A DNA stretch of 64,000 bases from Macrostomum lignano (GCA_002269645.1 NIVC01001350.1:1-64000); one strand, 5' to 3'; numbered from the stretch's first letter, positions 46,991 through 61,535 are shown. Numbers and translations are program-made. The notes: a model not told the origin generated them from the letters alone.

Positions 46991-47539
46991 TGTGACGCCC
47001 AAAGATTGAACCACCTCTACACTAAATCCCGTTATCAGTGTCTGCATCAAAAGCCATAATTTCCGTCCTGTCAGCAGCCTTTTAGACGTCTTTGATGACT
47101 GCCAATCCGGAGACAGACAAAGGTCCTGGGCCAGGCACTCAGGAGGGGCGTGGCCGGGCCGAGCCGATCGAGGGACCCCTTCGTGGGGGCCGTGCGCTGA
47201 GTATTCAGTTAATTAAAAATGCCAGCCAAAGAAAATCTGTCTGTTCGGCCACGGAGGCCTTCTGGACCAATTCAGCAGGGTGATAAAAGTAATTGCTGTG
47301 AGATTTGTGAGGCGAGGCCACAGCCCTGCGAAGCCAATGACGGCGGCTGCGGAAATACAGAGGGTGTGGCTGCACGGGCGATTCAATTCACAAGGCAACA
47401 AACGATCGAACAAAAGAAGTGAGGATAAAGAGCTTTCCATTATTTAACGCAAAAGTCAATAACCTGTTCGTGTCTGCTTTGCAACCCGAGTGGCTGGTGT
47501 CAATATTGAATTTCACTGCTAGGCTGCTGCCTTTCTTGC

Positions 47540-48272
<733 letters not shown>

Positions 48273-48997
48273 GGTTTCCCAATCTCAATCACCCTATCGA
48301 TTCGTGCCAGACGTATTCAAAATCAAATAAACTAATATTGGCTATACGTGTTTCTCGCCCCACTCTCTAATTGACGCTCACTGCTGCATCTTATTTGCGA
48401 GCTGGGCATCCTGAGCCGGCCGGCCGATGGCGGAGCCTGAGCCCCTCATCCGGATCCCAGCCTCCCAGCCGTCAGCAAGTGCAAGTGCAACCTGGCCAAT
48501 CAGGCCCCTTCCAGGCAAATCGGCAGCAGTCAGTTTTAACAGGGGCAGAGAAGACAAGACGCTGCTGCGGAGACGCAATACTTCTTAATTCTGAGAGGCA
48601 AAACTCCAGCGGGAGCTCTGAAGTGCCTCCGCTGCCGTTCCCGATCTGAACTCCACAGCTGTCGGGTCTCAGCCGAGTTCCCCAAGACAGCAGAGCAAAA
48701 GCTTTCTGCTGTGTGTTGCATCCTTCCAGGCAGGCTGACGTGCAGTAAAATCCTCGCTACTGCTGCCTCTAGCAGAAGGAAGGAAAAAGCAAGCAAGCTC
48801 TTGTTTTCAGCGTTCACCAAATCAGCGGGTAAGTGAAGCTATCGATGCTGTCTGATTTTTGCTGCTCCTTTGATCAAATCTTGATCAAAGCTGACCTACT
48901 TGCACCTGGCGCATGGACTGACCGAATTACTGTAGGCAGGGCAATTAGAGCTTGTGCAAACGGATGAGTGAACTTATTTCTTCCTTGTCCTAGTCAC

Positions 48998-49582
48998 GTG
49001 TCCTCACGGGTCCTCTCGGGTCCTCACGGGTCCTCAGGAGTCCTCACGGATCCTCACGGGTCCTCACAGATCCTCACGGGCCCTCACGGGTCCTCACAGA
49101 TCCTCACGGGCCCTCACGGGTCCTCACGGGTCCTCACGGGTCCTCACGGGTCCTCACGGTTGCTCACAGGTCCTCACGGGTCCTGACGGGTTCTCACGGG
49201 TCCTCACGGGTCCTCACGGTTGCTCACAGGTCCTCACGGGTCCTCATGGGTCCTGACGGGTCCTCACGGGTCCTCACGGGTCCTCACGGGTCCTCACGGG
49301 TCCTCACGGGTCCTCACAGGTCCTCACGGGTCGTCACGGGTCCTCACGGGTCCTCAGGGGTTCTCAGGGTCCTCACGGGTCCTCACAGGTCCTCACGGCT
49401 CGTCACGGGTCCTCAGGGGTTCTCAGGGTCCTCACGGGTCCTCACGTGTCTTTACAGGTCCTCACGGGTCCTCACGGGTCCTCAGGGGTTCTCAGGGTCC
49501 TCACGGGTCCTCAGGGGTTCTCAGGGTCCTCACGGGTCCTCACGTGTCTTTCAGGTCCTCACGGGTCCTCACGGGTCCTCAG
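48998..49582. repeat. Minisatellite, 10-bp unit GGTCCTCACG
   Basis: Lies between a candidate 5'UTR donor (GCGG|GTAAGT, ~48829) and an acceptor (TTTACTACAG, 49660) upstream of the GPCR. Confidence 0.95.
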
Positions 49583-49721
49583 TGATTCTAGAAGGTCTTC
49601 TTGAATCCTAAAAAGTTCTAGTTCTAGCCTCCGGGATCGAGCATAGAACCTTTACTACAGAACGATTTGAACAGCTTGATAAAACTGTCTAACCAAACTA
49701 TGCAGACCGAGCCATCAGCCA

Positions 49722-51392
49722 ATGGAACATCCGGAGCTGGCGCACCAGCCGCATCAGCCCGACGAAGCTTGGCTGCAGAACGTCCTGCTGGCCTCGCAGC
49801 GGAGCGGCGACCTGCCCCGCCCGCTGGCGGTGGGCCTCAGCCTCTGCCTGGGCGCTCTCGCTCTCCTTGGCATCGCCGGCAACCTAATGGTCATCGTGTT
49901 CTTCCACCGCAGCCTCCGCGACCTGCCCCAGAATGTCTACGTCATCGCCCTGGCCGTCCTGGACCTCATCGTCTGCGCCGTGGTTGTTCCGTCCACCGTC
50001 TACCAGGACGTGTGGCGCGGGGCCAGCTCCGACTTCTCCTGCAAGGCGTTCCACGTCCTGCGCTGCTCCCTGATCGTCACATCCGCCTTCCTGCTCTGTC
50101 TGATCGCGGTGGACCGATTCGTGATCATCTGCTTCGTGCCGGGCATCCAGACTGGCCGCAGGAAGTCCGCGCTGCTCATCTGCCTGGCTGTGGGCGCCGG
50201 CCTTTGCATCGGCTCGCCGCTCGGCCTGACCACCGGCACCCGCCACCAGGTGCGCATCAACGTCAGGAAGGTGCAATCCTACAGCGGCATGCCGCTGAAC
50301 GTGCAGCACTGCATCTCCGACTACAGCATTGTCTCCATGGCAACCCTGAAGGCGTACAAGACGGGTCTGACGGTGCTTTTCCTTCTGCTGCTTCTGCTGA
50401 TTGTCTTCTTCTACACCAGCATCTTTCTGTTCGTGCGCCGCCGCCAGATTCGCTGGGCCAAGTCGCGCAACCTCGTCCGTCGGGCGCGCTCGAACCAGCG
50501 CGACGCAGGCGGCACGAGCGGCTCTGCCGAACTGACCGCAACTGCGGCTGCCGCGAACTCCGTCTCAATGGTGTCGCGTCTGGACGATGGAGGGACGGAG
50601 GTCACCTCAACTTGCGGCACTCGTCGAGTAGGCGGCACCGGCATTCAAGAGACAAACATCGACGCGGTGCTGAACTTGAGCGACGACGTGAACGATATCG
50701 AAGACGACGATGGAGCTGAGGAGAAGCCGGTGGCTGGTCAGCTGGAGGACGATGAGCGGCAGCAGCACGTAGAGGTCATGCTGTCCCGCAGGCCAGAGCA
50801 TCAAAAGCACCGGCCGAGGCATGGCCCTCAGCCGCACATCCGAGAGGACTCTGTGGTCAGCGGCCGCCTGGCCGTGGCGCACCGTCACTTGTCCGAGCGG
50901 TCAAGAAAGAAGCCGCACATAAAAACTGCTAAAGTGCTGAGCATCATCACCTTCTTCTACCTGCTGTCCTACTTGCCATTCTTTCTGGTGTTCAACCTGC
51001 ACGAGGCCAGCGGCGCTGGCGGCCGAGGACCGGGACACATCGTGCTGGACGGTGCTCCGTTTCCGTCGGCGGACGTCTCACCGGGGTCGAACTTCAGCGC
51101 GCCAAATGGCAGCTTGGCTGACGGACCAGCGGGCGGGTTCGGCCAGATTGTGAAGCTCGACCAGCTGGGCGACGCGGGCCCCGATTCTCGAGGCAACGAA
51201 GGAAGCTCGTCGATGTCGCCGGAATGGTTGAGCAGAGTTCTCACCCAGACTCTGTTCTATTTCTACTTCATCAACCATGGCGTCAACCCCATTATCTACG
51301 GCTGCATGAACACCTACTTCAAGCAGCAGGTGTGCGGCTTCTGCAATTCCGTGCGCACCACCTGCACCAGGGGGCCGCTGGGTCACGAATGA
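49722..51392 (+). CDS. Class A (rhodopsin-like) GPCR, peptide-receptor-like orphan, 556 aa, intronless CDS
   Basis: Seven hydrophobic segments; GN in TM1, LAVLD in TM2, Cys at the top of TM3 plus an ECL2 Cys, DRF, TM5 Y, KTAKVL..SYLP in TM6, NPIIY in TM7; GCCAATGG start context. Confidence 0.92.
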   Translation: MEHPELAHQPHQPDEAWLQNVLLASQRSGDLPRPLAVGLSLCLGALALLGIAGNLMVIVFFHRSLRDLPQNVYVIALAVLDLIVCAVVVPSTVYQDVWRGASSDFSCKAFHVLRCSLIVTSAFLLCLIAVDRFVIICFVPGIQTGRRKSALLICLAVGAGLCIGSPLGLTTGTRHQVRINVRKVQSYSGMPLNVQHCISDYSIVSMATLKAYKTGLTVLFLLLLLLIVFFYTSIFLFVRRRQIRWAKSRNLVRRARSNQRDAGGTSGSAELTATAAAANSVSMVSRLDDGGTEVTSTCGTRRVGGTGIQETNIDAVLNLSDDVNDIEDDDGAEEKPVAGQLEDDERQQHVEVMLSRRPEHQKHRPRHGPQPHIREDSVVSGRLAVAHRHLSERSRKKPHIKTAKVLSIITFFYLLSYLPFFLVFNLHEASGAGGRGPGHIVLDGAPFPSADVSPGSNFSAPNGSLADGPAGGFGQIVKLDQLGDAGPDSRGNEGSSSMSPEWLSRVLTQTLFYFYFINHGVNPIIYGCMNTYFKQQVCGFCNSVRTTCTRGPLGHE

Positions 51393-53393
51393 CTCACCTG
51401 GAAGCAGAGCGTCCCATTACTGAAAGTATTCAAGTCGTCACCGCAAATAAGTTGTTTTGAACAAACTCAAACTTGAATTGTCCGTCGTTTACAACTATGT
51501 CTCTAAAACAAAGGAGGAAAAAATTAAATTCCATTGGCAAAATGAGCACCGTGTGCACCGGGCCCTCAGGGTGCCGGCACAATTGAGTCACCAAGGCTAA
51601 TGAGTTAGGGACAGCTGATTAGCACGCCACTTAACGTGCAAGAAACTGTTGAATTGAGGACGCACCGCTAGCACTCACCGACACTTTGAGCAAGCTCGCA
51701 GCGTGGTTCGAGTAGCTCAAACTGGCTTAGAATTCTTACACTGATCAGTTTAACGCGCTTTTGAATATTCGATTCAATACGACTCAATAGGTTAAATCTG
51801 TGAGATATGTTGCCACACATTACTGTAATAATTACTGTGAAACCCAGTGTACGCAAGGCAAACATATCGCAATGCCTTTTCAATTAATGGTTAAGATTAT
51901 TTGCAAACATTTATAAATTGATGTCACCTTTCATATAATATTTCACATTTTCCTCAATCTGTACGTCACCTGTTTATTATTAAGCATCGTGGTTTTCATG
52001 CAACTGCCTCATCCAATCTAATCCCAGTGGGGACGATTTTCTGGCTGAGAAACCTTATTGAGCTACTAAAAAATCAGCATTCTCAGCATCGATGGGTCGT
52101 GTTTTTGTTATCTCCGTGTCTGAAAAATGGATAAATTTGCAGAGAGCTCGCGCTTGCTGCCTCATCCCCGCCAAAACTGCCCCCCCCCCTGCCCGAAGTC
52201 AACAACAGCCACGGAGCGCGCATCGGTTGTGGAAAATTTCAGCCAGCTAAAAAATAATAAATCTTCGTGTTATTTTCGTCTCATTAGTACATCTGACGGT
52301 GTTTTCTTGTTTTTCTGCAGTTTTTCATTCAAGATAATTTTCAAATTGCCGAAAAAATAATTGGCAACCTTAACCATGGTGTACGACTACTTTCCAATGG
52401 TACTCGTACATCCAATTTATTGGATGTACGATTATTATAGTTTACATCAATTTATTGGATGTACTCAGTTGTTATCCATATCGGGAATAGCAGAATGGAT
52501 TTTAGTATAGTGGACTAGCGGTTCGCCCCCCCCCCCCCCCCGCCTGGAGGGTGGAGTCGATGGCTAAGTGTCGAGTGCTTTTCCTTAATTACCTGCATAA
52601 ATTTATTTTATAACTGGCAAAATTCTTCAACGTTCAATTAAAGAAGCGCCAAAATTTCCATTTCAATTTACTTGTAGTGGCGAATTTCGCCAAAAAATAG
52701 TACCTTCATGCTACTCGAATCACGTGAACTAGAAATTAGTAGGAATACAGGAATTGAGATGTAGACCTGGAAAACTGCGTCATTGCAATTAACGAAATCT
52801 TATAATTAATGTGTAACAAAGCCAGTTTTAATATCATCATTTGCAGACTCCCAGTTAGAATTTAATTTGCCTTTGATCTGGCCCTGGCCCGGTCCTGCCC
52901 CCCCCCCCTATTCTGAAGCCCCTCCGCAGCAGATGCATCTCTCTTGAGAGAAAGAAAAAAGCAGAAATGAAATGAAAATCAGAGTGTCTGTCTGGATTTC
53001 TGGCTTGGAAACCTCCGGTGAAATTAGCGCACCTGCCGGGCAGAGCCAGCCTGCGGCAGCGGCGTATCCGTCCGCATGTAGGTCCAGTTTTCTTCGCGAT
53101 TTAGGAAACTTTTCTTCCAAAGAAATGTGAATGAAATCCGAGTTTTTGTCTTGGAACATTTTAAAGGAATAGTATTCATACTTGTTTTACAGCGCTGAGG
53201 GCAAGGAAGGAGATCAGCTAGTCCAGATACAAGTGTGTGCAACGGGGCTCGTGCGATGCATACCGACGATTCTGGCAGCAATTGCATCAGGGCCGTGTAT
53301 TTCAATTTGATGCTGGAGATATCCCAACTATATAACCAGGATTTAAGGACGCTACTGGAACAATCAAAGGGTTCATTTAGTTATTTATCTACA

Positions 53394-53800
<407 letters not shown>

Positions 53801-55744
53801 AAAATCATGTATCATCTCACTTAAATTTGTTTCTTTTCTGAGATTAAACCAAATAAACCCCGGAAATTGCTGTTTAGTCTATGGGACCGCACAGAGGGGT
53901 TTTGGGGCTGAACTGAAATGGATTTAATAAAATTATACAACCGTTGTGATCGTAATAATTGCAGAGCATTGCAACAACATATTCTAGATGACCGATTAGT
54001 AGTGACAGGCAAGCAGAAAGCGGTGTAAAGCAGTCGTCAGCATGTGCACCAAACACATTTCCGTACATTGAAGAATAGATTTTCGACTGCTTGTCTGTTA
54101 TGATTATTGAACCGACTGTTAGAAGTTCCATCCAAAATTGCAAAGCAGCCGATTCCTTGCTGCGTCCCACATCTTGACAAGTCACGCACTCAAAATTCAT
54201 CGCTGTATCAAGCCAACCCTCTCCTTCCGCGATACCCCTATAATTGATCATGCACCACTTTCTCAGGGACATTCCTTAAAATATTCCAAATTTACCTTCC
54301 TTGTTGGCCGCTGGCTTCATATTTCTAAGAAAATCTTTTCAAAGCATTTGCAGCAAAAGCCGACTACTACGTGAAAATTGACCCATTGACAATCGACAAC
54401 CTTCTCAATCTTCCATGCAGCCTGTGTGCGCAAGCATGCCATTTACTCACACATCTGTCTCTATTGAAATGCATTTTTCATTCGAGAAATTCAACACACT
54501 AATCAAGCGTACATGTATATACAATACATAAATGCGAGCTAAACGTCAGATGTCATTCTGCATTACTAAGTGTGAGCACTTTCCATTAAAACAGACACGC
54601 CTTCTCCACAAGAATCGATGCATTAAGTAGATCCAAGGGAAGCAGAGGCTCAGGCGCGATTAGTCCGCTATTAGGGACAGGATTTGCCATCGCTTTCTGC
54701 AGTTTGAGCTTGAGGAACCGGCCAAACAGGAATTCAAGTAGCAACAGATGCGGATGGGAGCACAGGACTGCAAAGCATTCGTGTCCATTATCGGCCGGGC
54801 AGCCTGCATGTCCTTTACTGCTAGACAGGAGCTAATATGCAGCCAGTGTGGAATCAACTGGCTCCGAAGATCTACAGATTTATAAAATTTAATTAATGTT
54901 ACGCAAATCCTTGAACACTGCTCACTAAATAAGCAGACTCGGCAGCGTTCAAATCGTGTAATTTTCTTAGAAGTACCCGCAGCCCGCCTGGTTTGCCCAG
55001 CAACTGTGGATATCCCAAGAAACCTTTATACAGGTGAGAGAAACTGAAATTCTATAGTCCCAGCTAGTTTGGCAGGAAATTGAGAATCCGTGAATGAGCA
55101 CTGCTCAGCAATGATTATGCGGCGGCTGCAGACTCGCTAGAGGTTCGGACGGTAGACTAATTACTATTTCTCAGAACCTCTTCTCGGATTCCCGCGGATG
55201 CTGGCCTGGGCCGCTCTGCTTCCTGGGGGTGTGCGGATGGAGCGAACGGAAGAAATGGAGATGGGAGCGGCGGAGCAGCCGGCATTTCTGGTTCTCCGAA
55301 TATAGAAAAGAAGAAAAGAAGATGAAATATGGAATTTTCCAGTTAAGAGTTCCCGTAACTGTATATTTCTGTACCTGAGTGGCCATCCATAGTTCCGATG
55401 AGAAGTTTCGGTTAGTTGAACCAAGCATGAAATTCCAATTATTACACTGACGCTGAAACTTTTCTGTAAAGTTTTCTGCAAAGTTGTACTCACAGGTTTA
55501 GATCAAGCCGTTTCTTCATGGAATGCTACCAGAGACCGGCAATAAAGCAAAGTTTCTTAAGTTTTAGCAGGCTGCTAGGTAGCGAGGTGAGAGTTTTTCA
55601 ATATATTTTAATATTGGTAAATTGTAACCACTTCGAATTTACATATAGATTCCACGGCACAAAACACAGGATTCAATCATTACCGTGTCGTTGACAGATT
55701 AAGCGTCACTAACACAAACTAAACATCTCTGACGGCATAGTTAG

Positions 55745-55998
55745 GCATCACTGACGCAAACACACACAGTGTGCGTCACCGAGACTGATCAAGCATCACT
55801 GACGCAAACACACATAGTGTGCGTCACCGAGACTGATCAAGCATCACTGACGCAAACACACACAGTGTGCGTCACCGAGACTGATCAAGCATCACTGACG
55901 CAAACACACATAGTGTGCGTCACCGAGACTGATCAAGCATCACTGACGCAAACACACATAGTGTGCCTCACCGAGACTGATCAAGCATCACTGACGCA
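55745..55998. repeat. 48-bp tandem repeat with an internal inverted repeat (TGACGCA...TGCGTCA), ~5 copies
   Basis: Unit GCATCACTGACGCAAACACACATAGTGTGCGTCACCGAGACTGATCAA, head to tail without spacers. Confidence 0.9.
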
Positions 55999-57240
55999 AG
56001 TCGTGCTTTTTTAACAAGCAGCGCTTAGTGTCGGCTGTTTAATTAATTAGAAATGCGCGTGCTGCGTTTCTAGTCTACTTTGAGTTTCAATTTTCATAAA
56101 GCAGTCTGTCCCCCCCCCGTAATCATATTAGTTTTACGCCCAGAGCTGTACGCCTGCAGGCACAAAGGACTGATTAATTGCAGCAGTCTTAACCCAGCCA
56201 GTTAATTAATACTATGGACTGATGGTGATAACGCTCTCACCTAAGCACTTGCTGCAGGTACAAGTAGACTGCAAAGCCGGTGCACGGGTGCACACGAGCA
56301 TGCTAGCAGATTTTCTCATTCTCAGTCCGTATTCATACAGTTCACATACAGTCATCCAAGCATACTTTTACAATGAGTCAAAAAGTGAAGCTGGTTTCTG
56401 AATAGCAACAGCTTGAGCTTCTCTGTTAAGCTTATTGAGCTTATTCAGTTTGAAAAACCGCTTGCAAAATGAGTCAAACACAACGTACTGCGATAGTATT
56501 TTGGACATGGCCACCCACAATGGGGTCTCGGCAATGTATTTATGTGAGAGCTAGGACAGGCCGGTTGGACAGCGCAAGCTTCCAGTCTCAGCTTCGGATT
56601 CCTGTTTTGACTTGAGGAGTTAAAACTGGCATTCAATAAAACATAGGGCACTCTAGATAACCCCTAGATAACCCCAGCTTTGCTTTCTGCAGACGTCTAC
56701 TGTTAGTAGTGCAAATTGCATAGCCGATTTAGCTTTAATAAAAATTTCATTAATACGAGGCATCTAAACCTTGTGTACAGAGAAGACTGTTCTAAAAAAC
56801 AGCGAATAGACGCCGAAATGAGCCGGAGGTGGGCAAAGAACAGCGTGTATTTTTAGTGTCGCTGGAGCATTTAGTGGGCTCTATAGCCATAAGCAAATTT
56901 CGGTCGAGGCAAACGGATCTCTCTCTCTCTCTCTCTCATACGACAAACATGCGTTCCTTAACGGTCTCCAGCTCGTTTCTAAGAAAACCTACTTTAGCTG
57001 TCCATGGAACAGCCATGTCCATGGAACAGTACGCGGAAGCATTAGCCATAATTCTCAATTACGAGTATTCCAGAGAGCCATCAGGCCATCAGGGTGACTG
57101 TCGCTGGGGCTGGACTGGACGACTGGTAGCTCAGTCTGGCTGAAAGGGTGTACATTTCTTCGGTAGAAGGATTTCCACTAGCTCAATAATGTTAAAATTG
57201 CGTGCTTTCAAAACTTCTGTCAGGACTGTCAGATCCTCGA

Positions 57241-60200
57241 TTATAATAAACAGGCCATTAATGAATCATTATTCAGCAAGCGCGCACCTTCCGATATCGT
57301 TGACGTCTTCGATGCCACCGCGGCAGCTCCAGCGGCCGGTTCTCGTCTTCCAAGCAGTTGACGCCTACAGGGCAAGCGCAGCAGAACCAAAGCCACCGTG
57401 GCCGCTAGCAGCGAGGTCGCGCATGCGATGAGTCCGACGGCAGCCCAGCCGAGCGTCCGGCCGGTCAGCGCCGCAGCCGAAGCTGTCGCCGCGGACGCAG
57501 AAGGCCGATTTCTTCTAGAGCGACCGACTGACTGAATTTCAACATCGACGGACGCAGTCAGCGGTGGCCGGCCGCAGTCGGTGGCAACCAGGCGGAGTCG
57601 CCAGCGCTGTCCGAGTCTCGTCGGACGTCGGCGCAGACGCAGCAGGCCGCTGCGACGCTCGAAGCGGAAGTTAAGCCCGACGCCGCGACTGCTGGCGGCT
57701 TCGTCGAGCCAAAACTCTACGCGGCCGTTCTCAGCTTCATCGGCGTCGCTTTTTTGTGTCAAAAGCGAATTTGAGCAAGGTTGAAGCGAAAGTTTGTGCA
57801 GGGAAAATATGGATATGATTCAGCCTCTTTCTTCTTTACATAACTATGTGTTTCTTGGCTCCTTGATTTGTTCAAGGTCCAATATTATTTTCATTACCAA
57901 AACTCAAGGCTTCAGTCAGAGCTGCAGCAAGCGAAAAATGTTAAGAACAGAATTAATTGCAAAAGTGCAGAAGAAGGAAAGTCTGTTTTAGTGGATATTC
58001 CTTCAAGACTACAGTGACAGTCCTTCAAGAATACAGTGACAGTCATTCAAGAATACAGTGACAGTCCTTCAAGAACACAGTGACAGTCCTTCAAGAATAC
58101 AGTGACAGTCATTCAAGAATACAGTGACAGTCCTTCAAGAACACAGTGACAGTCCTTCAAGAATACAGTGACAGTCATTCAAGAATACAGTGACAGTCCT
58201 TCAAGAACACAGTGACAGTCCTTCAAGAATACAGTGACAGTCATTCAAGAATACAGTGACAGTCATTCAAGAACACAGTGACAGTCCTTCAAGAATACAG
58301 TGACAGTCATTCAAGTGATCAGACCTCGAGGGTGCAGGTGAAAAACTCCAATAGTTAGCTTGTATTACCAGCTCTGAATTCAAGCAATGCTAACGGATCG
58401 CACCTGGCAGCCGCCTGCAAAATGATGTGGCCCGGCGCATCGCCAACAGCAACCGCGTGACTTCCATGGCCGGCACTGGGTCTGGGAAATTGAAACACCG
58501 GCGAGCAGTCGTTGACATCTAGCACTCTAACAAAGACTGCAGCACTGGAACTAAGACGGGTCGGCAGACCTTTGTCGGTTGCAACAAGCCAGAAAGCGTA
58601 ATCGGCTCGGGCCTCGCGGTCCAAGCTGCGGCTGGTTCGCACCACGCCTTCCATAGAAACTTGGAAACTCTGAGCAGCACCATCTCCGACGTTCGAGCTC
58701 GGCTCGTCGGCAAGAGCAAATTGAACCTCGCCGCCGGGTCCCTCGTCCGGGTCTGTCCATGGCACTTGGCCGACTGCCAGTCCCGGAGCGGAGTTTTCGG
58801 CGACAACGAACTCCAGCGTTCTTGGCATCTGCGGCGCCACGTCGTTGATGTCCACAATCTGTGTGGAAATAAACAGATGGAGTTCAATAGTTGGTGCGAT
58901 TCGAAATGATTTGCCACTCACTCGTCTCATTTCTCGTGTCTTTGACGGTAATTAGCATTAAAAACTTGTTTCTGATTGTAGCGACTCCTGCCTTCCTTCA
59001 CTGCTTCAGTTCACCTTGCACTCTTCGTTTTCTACTCTCTCGTGCAATTCAGTCTAGCCTTCTCTTTCTCACCCTCTCTTCACTCTGATTGGTCCTCACC
59101 TCGTCCATCTTTAGCCTCTCGTTCTCACTCCACTCCTCCATTCCTTTTGCGTTGCTAACCCATCCCCCTCTTTTCGTGCTTAACCTCCCCCACAGCGCCC
59201 CTGGCCTTCCTCACTGACTCTACGCTGACCCCCTTTGTTGCTAAAGTACGCTCGTATCTCTTAGCCTATAGGCTAGATTTATTCATTATTTTCTCGACAC
59301 TGATGCTTCTCACTGGTGATTCGGTGCTCTCATACTCCGGTCGAGCAAAGTAACGCATTTCTCCGCCTATCCTTACTTCATTTCTCGATCAATTGCTGCA
59401 TTCTCATTGATATTTAATAAACAGCTCCCTGCCACAAAAACCCAAATGCGCTAATAAAGCCATGTTTACGCTCCGGATGTGGTTCTCGACTTCCCCCTTT
59501 TACCTAGTAAGCCTACTATTCCAAGGCCCGAAGATCGAAGGATATTTTGAGTACACGCAAAATTTAAAAGAACCTGCACCTCCAGCTCCACAGTGGCGGT
59601 CGTCGACAGTCGTCCTGGCCGACCTTGATCGCTCGCAACCACTCGAAGTCGCGCTCTCGATCGGCGCTCTCGGTCCAGCGGCTTCGTCGCCCTGAGCAGA
59701 CCAGTGACAGTATCGATGGTGAAGTCGCCGTCCTCGGCTCCGTCCAACAGGCGATAGTCCACTCTGTCGTTGTCACCCATGTCGGCGTCCGTGGCGCTGA
59801 GGTTTGCCAACACCGCTGCGTCCATGGCTGATAAGTTGGTTGAAGGCGTCTCAGTCTGACGTAGCAAAATTGTTCCGTTTGGAGACGACAAGCCGATTGC
59901 GTTGAACACTGGGGCATTGTCATTTTCATCCAGCACTTGGACAGCGAAGCTTGCCTCGCTTTTCAATCCGCCACCATCCACGCAGCGAATGGTTGCGGGA
60001 TGCGAGTCCGATAATTCCCGATCGAGTGCAGCCACTGTCAGAAGCTGCAGCAGCCGGGTTGAAAAACTCTGTAGTCTGAACATCCGCGACGAAGAGGACG
60101 CCAGCAGGTGGCAAGTGACTGTGCCATTCGCCCCAGCATCTTCGTCCCGGACGCTCAAAACGGCGGCCACAGCCCCAGGAAACCGATTCTCACTGACGCT

Positions 60201-61535
60201 TGGCGAAGCCAGATGCGATGCCATGCCGAGAAGTTCCAATCGTGGCGCGTTGTCGTTCATGTCTAGAACTCGAAGGTGCACTTGAGCAGTGGCGGATCTA
60301 TTAATTTTGTGTGATGTTGGATAATGATATTTATATCAAAAAGATTATTTAACTTTAACTTCGGTGGTTCTACACTGCAATACCTGACAGGGTCTCCACC
60401 GTCCAATGCTCTGACACTGAAGCCCAACTCCGGGACTGACTCCCGATCGAGGTGCCCAACCAGACGAAGCCAGCCGCTGTCCGCTTCAACAGCCACGAGG
60501 CTTCGCACCATTGGCTGGGTGCCTGGCGCCAGCTGGTAGCGCACTCGACCTGCGGCGCCCGCATCGCAGTCCAGAGCTGACAGGCGCAGCGGCAGCAACG
60601 AGCCAGTTGGTGAGTTCTCGACAATGGATAGCGAATAGGCCGCTCGATCGAATGCCTTTGTGGATGTTTATTTGTATTGTGACTTACATTTTGCGTGTAG
60701 CTGAAGCAGTACATGCTATATATAAAGATACCGATTCACTTACGGGGGCGCAGTCATTCTCATCGATGACACGCACGACGAGATGCAGTCTCGCTTCCAG
60801 CCCACCGCCATCAACTGCCAGCAACGTCAGGCCATCGTAGAAACTTTGCAGCTCCCTGTCCAGCTTACGAGTCAGCGTTAGGAACAGCGACTCCGACTCT
60901 TTCTGTAGCTTGAATGGCGCTCCATTCTCAGCTGCATTCGATATCGGGAGGAGCAGCAGCGAGTGTGAGACTCGACCGAACTCTCCGCAGTCCGGGTCGC
61001 TGGCCTGTGGCAGCGGGCGTCGACTGCCGGGCGGATCGGACTCAATAAACTGCAGCTCGAGGCGGCCCGGCACCGCTGGAAAACTCGGCCGGTTGTCATT
61101 CGCGTCGATGAGTCGCACTCGGACAGTCAGCAGATGAAGTGGCTCCCTAGTGATACAAGAGCTCGCCACCAAGTTCAGGTGCAGAATGCAATGGCTGCAT
61201 TGCTCGCTGGATAGTGAGCAGACTGCCTCGCGGTCGAGACTCTTCTTGAGAATCAGCCTCTGAGAGTTAATTGAATTATCTACTTCAAATGCGTCATCAA
61301 TACCGCCAGCTCCAAAGCTGGGCAGCAGTTCGTACTCTGAGCTTGGCGGCAGCTGCGGCAATTCGCCCAGCACCAGAGGTGCGTCAGACCCTTCAGATAC
61401 CGTGAATAAGTTTGCAGCAGCACCTGGGCCGCTTCCGGGGCTCGTGGACAGGACATCCACAACAGTTGCGGCCCCGCTCTCTTTGCTCAACTGCAGCAGC
61501 AGAGGTGCCCAGAGCAATATCAACCAGAGAGGCAT
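57241..61535 (-). CDS. Protocadherin-like protein with 7 extracellular cadherin repeats, one transmembrane segment and a short visible tail
   Basis: Exons 61535-60744, 60655-60384, 60297-59580, 58858-58404 and 57748-57241 (or donor at 57288 joined to a last exon 57139-57081). Signal peptide MPLWLILLWAPLLLQL; DRE, DxNDxxP and AxDxD motifs; Cys insert DREAVCSLSSEQCSHC in EC1; TM WAAVGLIACATSLLAATVALVLL. Confidence 0.88.
58010..58314. repeat. Intronic minisatellite, 22-bp unit CAGTGACAGTCCTTCAAGAATA
   Basis: Protocadherin intron 57749-58403. Confidence 0.95.

Noticed and set aside
53874-54330. 132-aa minus-strand ORF preceded by KEGKFGIF*GMSLRKW, perhaps a transposon protein relic
   Set aside because: An in-frame stop lies upstream, no motif I can name, no termini; needs blastx
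55745-55998. CRISPR-like palindromic repeats; the other 21-46 bp arrays were also considered
   Set aside because: Units are contiguous with no unique spacers, there are no cas genes, and the context is eukaryotic
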